Assembly (NCBI GenBank): GCA_031362565.1
Contig: JANLSU010000069.1
Coordinates: 62,419-126,418 of the forward strand
Length of the DNA: 64,000 nucleotides
Source: a bacterium
GTDB lineage: Bacteria > Krumholzibacteriota > Krumholzibacteriia > G020349025
Reading direction: 5' to 3'
Each line of letters starts with the position of its first letter. Positions within the stretch are counted from its first letter, which is position 1. The notes beneath the pieces are model-generated. The model saw only the letters and a list, made by a program, of their open reading frames with translations, was not told the DNA's origin and did no database searches. Shown here piece by piece: positions 38,060 through 47,500 of the stretch. A program made the translations under genes and the position numbers.

Positions 38060-39010
38060 ATGGCTCCGAAGAAAGTGTTGGTCGTTACAGGCGCCACCGG
38101 CGCCCAGGGCGGCGGTCTCGCGCGTGCGATCTTGAACGACAAATCGAATGAGTTCGCGGTGCGTGCGCTCACTCGCAAACCGCAGTCGGAGAAAGCCGCA
38201 GCCCTCGCCCAGGCGGGCGCGGAAGTCGTCGAAGCTGACTTGGACGATGTCGCGAGTCTCGAGCGTGCGTTTGCCGGTGCGTACGGCGCTTTCTGCGTCA
38301 CGAACTTTTGGGAGCATTTCTCTCCCGAGCGCGAGTTCACGCAGGCGAGCAACATGGCCAAGGCGGCGAAGCGCGCCAGTCTGCAGCACGTCATCTGGTC
38401 GACGCTCGAGGACACGCGGCGGTGGGTGCGGCTCGAGGACGACCGCATGCCGACGCTCATGGGTAACTACAAGGTGCCGCATTTCGACGCCAAGGGAGAG
38501 GCGGACCACGTATTCGCCGAGTTGCGCGTTCCGACGACGAATCTCCTGACGTCTTTCTACTGGGACAATTTCATCTATTTCGGGCTCGGGCCGAAGCGCG
38601 GGCCGGACGGCAAGCTCGCGATCACCCTTCCGATGGGCGATAAGAAGCTTCCCGGCATCGCCGCGGAAGACATCGGCAAGTGCGCCTACGCCTTGTTCCG
38701 CCAGGCGGGCACGTTCACCGGCAAGACGGCCGGCATCGCCGGCGAGCACTTGACCGGCGTCGAAATGGCGCGCGCCCTCGGCGAGGCGCTCGGTGAGGAA
38801 GTGCGCTACAACGACGTGACGCCGGAAGCCTATCGCGGTTTCGGGTTCCCGGGCGCCGACGATCTCGGCAACATGTTCCAGTTCAACCGGGATTTCTCGG
38901 CCGATTTCTGCGCGTCACGGAGCGTGCAGTTTTCACGCTCACTCAACCCGGCGTTGCTCTCGTTCGAGTCATGGCTGGCGCTCTACAAGGATCGCATTCC
39001 ATTGGCGTGA
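38060..39010 (+). CDS. NmrA/HSCARG family NAD(P)-binding protein
   Basis: VVTGATGAQGG, VRALTR, FCVTNFWE and VPHFDAKGE. Confidence 0.92.
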   Translation: MAPKKVLVVTGATGAQGGGLARAILNDKSNEFAVRALTRKPQSEKAAALAQAGAEVVEADLDDVASLERAFAGAYGAFCVTNFWEHFSPEREFTQASNMAKAAKRASLQHVIWSTLEDTRRWVRLEDDRMPTLMGNYKVPHFDAKGEADHVFAELRVPTTNLLTSFYWDNFIYFGLGPKRGPDGKLAITLPMGDKKLPGIAAEDIGKCAYALFRQAGTFTGKTAGIAGEHLTGVEMARALGEALGEEVRYNDVTPEAYRGFGFPGADDLGNMFQFNRDFSADFCASRSVQFSRSLNPALLSFESWLALYKDRIPLA

Positions 39011-39195
39011 GGCATTGCGCCGCAAGTCGATCAGCGAATGGTCGTCATGCGCTGGAAGACCCGGCGCCCTTCGACATCGAGCCGAACAAAAAATCCCATG
39101 CCGGTGTGGCGCAACGCCTGAAACCTCTGTTATCGTGCCGGACAAGGTGCATTGTTATTCGTGATCCCATAGGTTCGAGCCACGGGAGATTTGAT

Positions 39196-39558
39196 ATGGC
39201 TCGCTATGTCGATGGGTTCGTCATTCCGCTACCGAAGAAGAACCTGGAAGCCTACCGTCGCATGGCGAAGCTCGGCGCGAAGATTTGGCGCGAGTACGGC
39301 GCTCTCGGGTACTACGAATGCGTCGGTGACGACCTGAAGGTGAAGATGGGGAAGCCGTTTTCACGCCAGCTGGCTCTCAAGCCCGGCGAGACGGTGGTCT
39401 TTTCTTGGATCGTCTACAAATCGCGCGCGCATCGCGATCGGGTCAATGCCAAAGTGATGAAGGATCCACGCATGAACGCCCCGCAGATGCAGAAGGCGAT
39501 GCCCTTCGACATGAAGCGCATGTCCTACGGCGGATTCGAGGTTCTCGTGTCGTGGTAA
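39196..39558 (+). CDS. DUF1428 family protein
   Basis: MARYVDGFVIP...EYGAL...ETVVFSWI...MPFDMKRMSYGGF. Confidence 0.9.
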   Translation: MARYVDGFVIPLPKKNLEAYRRMAKLGAKIWREYGALGYYECVGDDLKVKMGKPFSRQLALKPGETVVFSWIVYKSRAHRDRVNAKVMKDPRMNAPQMQKAMPFDMKRMSYGGFEVLVSW

Positions 39559-39602
39559 CCCTCGCTTGCTGATTCCCGGCGGTTTTTTGTCGCTTGTTCT
39601 GC

Positions 39603-42476
39603 TCAGGGCGTGCGATCGGCGCGGACCGGATCGACACGGCCGTACAAACCGGTAACGACGACCGAGTACGCGCCCCACACCGCGGGTCCAGCCCCGGCGG
39701 CGACGAGGGCGCGGTCGGCGGCGGCGAGGGCGTGCACTGGATCATCGAGGCCGGGTCCGTACGCGGCGGCGAAGGTCTCCATGGTGCGTGCCGCGTCCTC
39801 ATCGCGCACGTTCCACAAGGTTTGCACGACGCTTGCTGCGCCCGCATCGATGAACGCATCGGCGAGGCCTGGAGCGATGCCGCCTGTGCCCACGAGAGGT
39901 CCCGCGCTGGTGCAACCCGAGAGCACGATCAGCGCGCAACGCGACAGATCGGCGGCGCGCACGTCGGCGGGATTGAGGTAGCTGGCATCTGGCTCTTCGG
40001 TCGCGCCGCGAGCGAGCGGTACGAACACGATGTACGGCACCTCCGGATCCTGGATGACATGGGTGGCGAAATAGATGCAGCCTGCATTCTGCCAATGGCT
40101 GGTTAGTGCCGCTTTCGTTGCGCTGGCGCCGTGGAGCAGCATCGATTCGCGGAACAGCCGCTCGATCGCGCTCGTTTCGGAGGCGCCGTAGCGCAGATCT
40201 TCGGTGAGCACGGAGTAGCGCCGGCGAAGAGCGGGCGCGACGTCCGGCGCCGTGACGATGACCGCGCGGGAGGGCGGTGGAGGCGCGGTTTCGCGGCCCC
40301 AGAATCGCAACTCTGCGACGTCGCTACGCCGTACGAGCGGTTCGTAGCCGCTCGCAGCGACGTTCAGCGCCGCGAACGGCACGCGGTTGAGGAACGCATC
40401 GGGTGAAACGAGAAGCAGCGATGGCGCCGCGTCCGAAGCGACAACTGGCGGCAGAAGCCACGCCGCGAGCGTGTGGAGCCGGGCCTCGAGATCGGAACGG
40501 TCGCTAGAGGTCGCGAGCGCCGCAATCGTCGCATCGATCGCTCGCCGTAGCTCGTCCGGCTTCGGCACGAGCACTTCGCGTCTGACGCCGTGGCGGTCCA
40601 TGCTCCATCGCACGACGGCATCGTCCAGCACGGCGTACGCACAATGCATTACGTCGTACGCCGCCAGACGCGCGCCGAGGGCCCCGGCGTCTGACCCCGC
40701 ATCGGTGGTGCGCGAGGGTGTCGCCGGGTGGCGGAGATCGGCGCCGACGTCTTGCGCTTGCATCGCGCGCCAGCGCATTTCGAAGGCGTAGTCCACGTCC
40801 GGCCGATCGGCGAACAGCTCGTGAGCGACGCAGCGCAGCTCGTTGCCTGCCCCGAGCACGAGATACGATTCCGGCCCGGCTCCGAGACCGCGGAGTTCGG
40901 AGCGATAGCGCCGGAGACCCGCTTCGAGGCTATCCACGGCCGCACCGCCGCGGGCGCGAACGATGCGCACCGCAAGTGCATCCATGGCGACTTGGTCGCG
41001 GACGAAGGTGGAACTGTGGTAATCGGCGCCGGCGGCCCGGAAATCGGCGATCGCGCCTGCGCAACCGTCGAGATCGCCCAGGCTCCAACAGTTCTGCGCC
41101 GTTTCGGCGGCGAAGCTGGAGAGCAGCTCGGGCAGGGAATACTTGCGGCAACTCGCGGTGCCGTCGCGCAAGACCTCGAGCGCCGTTGCGTGCTTGCCGC
41201 AGCGGCGTAGCGACATCGCGACGTACAAGACGGCGGTCTCGCGTGGCGCAGACGGCTCCCAGGCGCGCATCCGCCGGAGGATCAATGCGTTCGATCGCGC
41301 CGCAGTTTCGCAGTCGCCGGTCGAGCTGGCGTAGAGAGCGCGTGCCTGCTCGACGAGGTCGCGCACCGTTGCATCCGGCCCGCCGAGGTATTTCGTCGGC
41401 GCCAAGCGGAGGAGTGCATCGGCGCGACGTACGTTTTGGCCCATGAGGTCGAGGCAGCCGAGACTCGCGAAGAACTTGCCGCTCTCGAGCAAGACCTGGA
41501 TCTCCTGCTCGACGCTGCCGGTCGCGTGGCAACGTTCCGCCGCCCGCACCAGCAGGTCCCGGCCGAGCGCCAAGTGACCTTGGGAGGCTTCGAGGACGGA
41601 TGCGAAACGAAGGATGCGCGCCTCTTGCGCCGAACCGATTTTTTGCGCGATGTCGATCGCGTGGTTCCAGCTCACCCAGGTCGAATCGGCTGTACCTTCG
41701 TTGTGATGCAGGAGGCCGCGCGTGCCGAGGAGTTGGCAGGCCATCTCGGGCTCGCCGCCGCGGATCGACGCCGCGATGCCCAGATCGAGTTGTCGAATCA
41801 TCTCCGGGGTGCGGCCGAGACGCGGCAGGAGTTGCGCGTAACGGCCGTAGATGCCGCCGAGGGAAACCGCTGCGCCGAAGGGCGCCAAGTCGTGGATGAG
41901 CCTCTCGTACCGCTTCGCCTTCCCCTCTATATCGAGGCGCGCGTCGGCTTCGATCGCGAGCGGCTCGCGGCACAGGCGAGCCGACTCCATGCGCCCGCCG
42001 ACGTCGAGCCGCCGGTAGGCAAGGATTTGCGTCAAGGCGCCCGGGCAATCGAACTCGACGGCGATGGCCCGTTGCAACTTGATTTGAGAGGTCGCGAGAA
42101 GTGAATCCGCGGCAGCGAATTCGGCCGGCGTCGTAAGGGGCGCCGCGAAACGGAGGACGTTGCCGGCGGCCGCGGCGCGTGCGTACCCGGTTCTGCGCAC
42201 GAAAGCGCCGAACGCCGTGTCGTCGTCGCGGAGCAGATGGGACGCGAATTCGAGATCGAGCGACGGAGCCAGGCGACGCAGGTCCGCGAGTCGAGGATCT
42301 TGGCACCCCGTCAGAAGCGCGAGCGCCACGGCGGCCAGCGACAGGCGCGAAGCCCGGCGCGCACGGCGCGAAAAAAAATTGGGAGACGGAACAGTTTGTC
42401 CGTACCCGGTTCCGGCGGTCGCAGCCTGATCCCGCTGGCGCCGCGAAGCGCCCGCCGCAGGGAATCTCGCCGTCAT
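39603..42476 (-). CDS. CHAT (caspase-like) domain protein with helical/TPR-like N-terminus; possible lipoprotein
   Basis: LLVSPDAFLNRVPFAAL, IYFATH, IVLSGCTSA, AFIDAGAASVVQTLWNVRD and WGAY. Lipobox-like ALLTGC. Start codon uncertain. Confidence 0.85.
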   Translation of the reverse strand: MTARFPAAGASRRQRDQAATAGTGYGQTVPSPNFFSRRARRASRLSLAAVALALLTGCQDPRLADLRRLAPSLDLEFASHLLRDDDTAFGAFVRRTGYARAAAAGNVLRFAAPLTTPAEFAAADSLLATSQIKLQRAIAVEFDCPGALTQILAYRRLDVGGRMESARLCREPLAIEADARLDIEGKAKRYERLIHDLAPFGAAVSLGGIYGRYAQLLPRLGRTPEMIRQLDLGIAASIRGGEPEMACQLLGTRGLLHHNEGTADSTWVSWNHAIDIAQKIGSAQEARILRFASVLEASQGHLALGRDLLVRAAERCHATGSVEQEIQVLLESGKFFASLGCLDLMGQNVRRADALLRLAPTKYLGGPDATVRDLVEQARALYASSTGDCETAARSNALILRRMRAWEPSAPRETAVLYVAMSLRRCGKHATALEVLRDGTASCRKYSLPELLSSFAAETAQNCWSLGDLDGCAGAIADFRAAGADYHSSTFVRDQVAMDALAVRIVRARGGAAVDSLEAGLRRYRSELRGLGAGPESYLVLGAGNELRCVAHELFADRPDVDYAFEMRWRAMQAQDVGADLRHPATPSRTTDAGSDAGALGARLAAYDVMHCAYAVLDDAVVRWSMDRHGVRREVLVPKPDELRRAIDATIAALATSSDRSDLEARLHTLAAWLLPPVVASDAAPSLLLVSPDAFLNRVPFAALNVAASGYEPLVRRSDVAELRFWGRETAPPPPSRAVIVTAPDVAPALRRRYSVLTEDLRYGASETSAIERLFRESMLLHGASATKAALTSHWQNAGCIYFATHVIQDPEVPYIVFVPLARGATEEPDASYLNPADVRAADLSRCALIVLSGCTSAGPLVGTGGIAPGLADAFIDAGAASVVQTLWNVRDEDAARTMETFAAAYGPGLDDPVHALAAADRALVAAGAGPAVWGAYSVVVTGLYGRVDPVRADRTP

Positions 42477-42612
42477 TGCCGGACCCATCTCGAGGGAAAT
42501 GGTTTGCGAATCTGAACCACGCACAAGATATCACGGTAACGGAGTGGCGGCCAGTGTGCGGACTCCGTATACTCGTTTCGCCCCTCGAGGTCTCGAGCTA
42601 CTCGGGTGACGA

Positions 42613-43518
42613 ATGAACTCGACCTCGACCGAACACGGCGCCGACGTGTGTCTCGCGGCCGGAATCGTCCGCGGGTCGATCGATGCCTGGCACGAATTCG
42701 TGGCGCGATACTCCGGACTCATTCTGACGATCACGCGCCGGTACCTGGTCGCGTTCGACGAAGACGATCGCCGCGACGCGTACGTGCGAATCCTCGAATA
42801 CTTCTACAAGGGCGGCTTGCGCGATTACGATGGCTTGTCGGCGCTCAGCACCTGGGTGATCACCGTGTCGCGGAGCCGCTGTCTCGATGTCCTCCGCAGC
42901 CGGCATGGACGGCGGCGTGATCCCGTTTGGTTGAAAGCCGCATCGCCGTTCGATCGACACGTGTACCGGATGTATTTTCTCGAATCGCAGGATGTGGCGC
43001 AGATGCAGGCCTGGTTCGTGCAGCACGGCCAAACCGTGATGACCGCCGATCTCGAGGCGGCGATCGACCGGCTGGATCGCCAGATCGATCCTCGGGTGCG
43101 GAACCGCCTCGCCTACGACCTGCAAGCCCAATCCGTCGGCGCCCTGTCGGGCCGTCTGCTCGAGTTTCTGGATTACCTGCGGATCGAGCACGAGGCGAGC
43201 GCCGACATGCTGCGTCCCGACTTCGGATATTTCGAAGCGCAGACCCGTGCCCTGGTCATGCGTATCCAGGGATGCGTCGAGCGATTGGAGGAGCCCGAGC
43301 GCCGCGCCGTGAAGCTGCACTTCTACGAGCGCATGCCGGCCGGCCGCATCGCGGAGGAGATGTCGCTGGCGAGCCCACGCCGGGCATATACCATCGTTGA
43401 GCGCGGCCTGCACTCGTTGCGAACGCTGATGCGCACCACGGATCGGGGCGCGAACCCGTTGCAGGTGGGCGTGCCCAAACGGCGGGAGACGAATCCAGCC
43501 ACGGAAGGAACGGAGTGA
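42613..43518 (+). CDS. ECF-like sigma-70 family factor with an internal insertion
   Basis: Sigma2-like AWHEFVARYSGLI...LSTWVITVSRSRCLDVLR and sigma4-like LEEPERRAVKLHFYE.MPAGRIAEEM. Length 301 aa. Confidence 0.85.
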   Translation: MNSTSTEHGADVCLAAGIVRGSIDAWHEFVARYSGLILTITRRYLVAFDEDDRRDAYVRILEYFYKGGLRDYDGLSALSTWVITVSRSRCLDVLRSRHGRRRDPVWLKAASPFDRHVYRMYFLESQDVAQMQAWFVQHGQTVMTADLEAAIDRLDRQIDPRVRNRLAYDLQAQSVGALSGRLLEFLDYLRIEHEASADMLRPDFGYFEAQTRALVMRIQGCVERLEEPERRAVKLHFYERMPAGRIAEEMSLASPRRAYTIVERGLHSLRTLMRTTDRGANPLQVGVPKRRETNPATEGTE

Positions 43519-44375
43519 GCGCACGCGGACTAGGATCGTCGCAGCATCTCGGGCCTGAGCGACTGGCGCGCTTGGCGGAGGGTGGCGCTGCCGCCGCCCA
43601 GCCGGGCGACGCGGAACATTTGGCGGCATGCACGCGCTGTATGTCAACTTACGCAGAGCTCGTTACGTTGGTCACCCAAGACCGCGCTGGACTCGCTGCT
43701 GGCGCGACCACGACGCCGGGGCCGTCGCTCGACATCCCGTCCCACGTCGCACGTTGGGCGCTACGGCCGCGAGCGCTCGCGGCCGGGGTCGCCCTTGCGG
43801 CGGGGATCGCGGCCATCGCTCTGATCGGTGTGCCACGTCTCGTCGCGCCCGCGCCGCCGGAACGCATCCGCCGCGTGCTCGCGGATGCGATGGGCTACGA
43901 CTCTGAGGGCTCTTTGCTGTACGCGCGCGACGTTCGACCCCGGCCGCGCGGCATTCGCGGCACAGGAGTGGCAACGCCGTCCGAGCTGGCCGAGCTCGCG
44001 CAGACATTTGCGACGCATCCCCGTTCGGCGGATACGGCGTTTTGGTTGATCGCCGGCTCCCTCGCGACCGACCAGCTCCACGATGCGGAGATCTTCCTGC
44101 GCGAAGCGCGGACGCGCTTTCCGAATCAAGCGCGCTTCGCGAATCTTGCCGCGATTCTGGCGTACAAGCAGAACGATCCGGCGGGCGCCGAAGCGACACT
44201 CCGTGCGTCGCTCGAGCGCGAAGCGACACCCGTCGTCCTTTACAATCTCGCCCTTCTTCTTCAGGATCACGCCCCGGCCGAAGCGGTGACCCGGCTCGGA
44301 GAACTCCGCCGCATGGCTCCCGAACTCGCGGCGGCGTTTTCAGCCGCGAGTCCACCGCGAAGCAATTCGCCGTAA
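43515..44375 (+). CDS. Putative membrane anti-sigma factor (ZAS-type HxxxCxxC, one TM, extracytoplasmic TPR)
   Basis: GTGA overlap with the sigma gene. EHLAACTRC, TM ALAAGVALAAGIAAIALIGV and TPR-like C-terminus. Confidence 0.8.
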   Translation: MSARGLGSSQHLGPERLARLAEGGAAAAQPGDAEHLAACTRCMSTYAELVTLVTQDRAGLAAGATTTPGPSLDIPSHVARWALRPRALAAGVALAAGIAAIALIGVPRLVAPAPPERIRRVLADAMGYDSEGSLLYARDVRPRPRGIRGTGVATPSELAELAQTFATHPRSADTAFWLIAGSLATDQLHDAEIFLREARTRFPNQARFANLAAILAYKQNDPAGAEATLRASLEREATPVVLYNLALLLQDHAPAEAVTRLGELRRMAPELAAAFSAASPPRSNSP

Positions 44376-44573
44376 ACTGTCCGTCACGTCCGTAACTTCT
44401 CTTCATAGTGCATCGCTGCGCTCTCGCTGAATACGGAGACGCATCACCCTATCGCGTGTTGGCGCGCGCTCGGCTGCGCCGCAATCGACGATCGACGGTT
44501 CTTGACCCGTTCCGGCCGGATCATTCACCCGGCCGCGACCGCTCACGTGTTTCGACAACCGGGAGGCGCCAGA

Positions 44574-47500
44574 ATGATCGCCCGACAGACCTCGCCCGTC
44601 GCAGGTTCAACCTCGAACCGCTCCGGCCCGGCCTTTCTGCGCATCGTGATCGCCATGTGTCTCTGCGTCGGACTCTTCGCGGCACCCGCACGCGCCGCCT
44701 GCCCGGACGGGACGCCGCTCGTCTCGGGTTCGATGTCGCGCGCGTTTCCGGACGGCGCGAACGGCGGCTACGTCGTTTGGTTCGCCTCGAACCATTTGAA
44801 CGCTCAGCGCGTCGACAACACCGGCCGCGTCGTGTCCGGCTGGCCGGCGGGCGGCGTCCAGGTGACGAGCCAGAACCTGACGACGTTGGAGCCGAGCCAG
44901 TTCAACGCGACCAAGGACTCGAACAACCGGCTCGTCGTCGTCTGGGCGACGAATGCCACCGGCACGTCCAAGGTCAAAGCGCAACGGATCACGTCCGCCG
45001 GAGCGCTCGAATGGGGCGTCGACGGGAAGAACGTCATCACGGGCACGGTTTGGGAAGAGAGGCCGGCGATCGCCGCCGATGCGATCGGCGGGGTCTTCAT
45101 TGCCTTCCAGGTCTCACAGAGCGGCAGCCCCGATGCTTGCACGCAGCGCTTCGACACCAACGGCACTCCGATGCTCGCGGCCGGTAAGGTCGTGTGCAAC
45201 GCAACCGGCGACCAGTACGAGGTGCGCGTCGCGCACACGGGCAACACGTTTGCGGTCGTCTGCTGGACGGATCGTCGCAACGGCATCAACGAAGACATCT
45301 ACGCGCAGAGCTTGGACAGCAACCTGAATACGCTCATGCCCACGAACGGCAGCGTGATGATTCAAGGCGCCGGAAGGCAGCACAACCCGGTGATTGCGGG
45401 CGCGAACTTTGGGCACGCATACATCTTCTGCACCGACGAACGCGCCGGGGTTGCGGGCCGGGCCGATCTCTACGGACAGCACATCATCAACAACGCGACG
45501 GCGAACTGGGCCGCCGGCGGCCGGTACATCGCCGGTGCGAGCCCCTACTTCGTGACGCCGACGGGAATCGACGCGCACACCGACAACACCAAGGGCGTGC
45601 TGGTCACGCTCTACCTCTCGAACGGCGGGGGAGGCCAATATTACCTCTATGCCTACAGAATCTATCCCGATGGCCAGCTGTATCCAAACTATAACCCGGC
45701 GTACGCGGGTCTGACGCACTACAAGAATGACGTGTCGATGATCGGCGACGGCCAGGGTGGCTTCATCTCCAGCTGGAGCGACAACCGTGCGGGGAACATG
45801 GACGTGTACGCCGTGAAGTACTTGCCCGGCTCGGGTCCCGCGTCCGGCTGGACGGCGAACGGCACGGTTCTCTGTGCTGTGACCGGCAATCAAACGGAGA
45901 CGAGCGTCACGAACGCCGCGAGTGGCGGGGCACTGGTCACTTGGACTGGGAGCACCGGTGTTGTCGAGCAGATTGTGTCTTCCGGTGGCGCCATCTCGAC
46001 TGTACCGCCGACGCCCAGCGGTGTTGCGGCCACCGACTGCCCCGTAGGGAGCGCCGGCGTCACGGTCAGCTGGAACGATATCTGCGGTGAAACGGAGTAC
46101 CGCATCCTCCGCGACGGCGTACAGGTTGGAACGGTGGGCACGGACGTGACCTCGTGGCTCGATCCCGCCGACGGATCGCCGCCGCCCGGGAACTACACCT
46201 ATTGCGTGCGCTCGTATCGCGTCAACGGCGGCGAGAGTCCCGGTGCGTGCGATTCGGGCTGCATGCCCGTTCCGCCGCCGCCGGCTGGTTTCACGGAGCA
46301 GACACTGCCGACGAGCGCCGTCAGCGGTCTCGCCTTCTCCCCGCAGCAAAAACCGTCGGTGATCTACGCCGCGCCGTCGACGAACCGCCCGCAGTACGCG
46401 GTGCGCGCCAACAACACGTGGACGGTGAGCCAGATCGAAGACCTCCCGGCGTACGCAATCGCGGTCGCCATCGATGCGGCGTCGAACCCGCACGTCATCT
46501 ATTTGGATCGATCGGGCGCCGATCCCTCGTTGCGGCCTCTGCGCTACGCCAAGCGCACGGGCGCGGGGCCGTGGGTGCCGGAGCCGGTCGATCCCACCGT
46601 GCAAGGCTTTAGCCCGACGACGACGAGCGACCTCGCGCTCGATGCTTCGGGAACACCCTGGGTGGCGTACGCCGACGACGACGGTTCGATCCGGGTCGCA
46701 TGGCGCGGCGTTTCAGGTGGCTGGACGGTCGAGCAGGCCGCTGTCGGCGGAGCGCGCGGCGAGGAAGCCGTGAGCCTCGCCATCTCGCCCGCCGGCAACA
46801 TGGTCGTGAGCTACTACCATTCGATCCTGCAGCAGTTCTTCTGCTGCATTCGGCTCGGAACCAACAACTGGACGCGCGAGCCAGTCGATTCGTCGCCGAA
46901 TCTGAGCTCGATCGCGGGCACCGTGCGGATCAATTCGTCGGGGCAGCCGGTCATCGCCTACTTCGTACCCGGCACCGATCAGCTGAAGATCGCGACTCGC
47001 ACTGGTACCAACGTGTGGTCGTATCAAAACGTGCTCGGCGGCTTGAGCCCGACGACGGGTGTCAATCCGAGGCTCGACATCGACGCAGCGGGTAATTTGC
47101 ACGTCGTCTACAACAACTGGGGCACGCAGCACAAATGGTACGGGAAGCGGACTGGACCGTCGCAGTGGTCACACCAACTCCTGGATCCGGCGCTTCCCGC
47201 GGACTGGCATTTCGTGCGCGTGTCCCCGGGCGGGAAGGCACGCATCGCGACCGGATCGCACTACTGGGATTCGGCATGGGAGATCGTGTCGCCAGTGAAC
47301 GGCGCCACGTGGCCCGCCGAGAGCTCGCAGCTCGTTTCGTGGGCCGGGACCGGCACCGCCACGGTCGAGGCGCGCATGAATCCCGCGAGCAGCTTCCAAA
47401 CGCTCGCGTCGAACGTCGCGGCCGATGAGGCGACTGTCACGGTGCCCGCCTGGGTGACGAGCAACGCCGAAGTGCGCGTCAGCCGGATTTCGCCGGCAGC

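Noticed and set aside
44376..44573. ECF promoter upstream of the giant secreted gene (GTAAC motif, also at 42536)
   Set aside because: The two sites share no convincing -10 element, so a promoter cannot be supported without homologue alignment.
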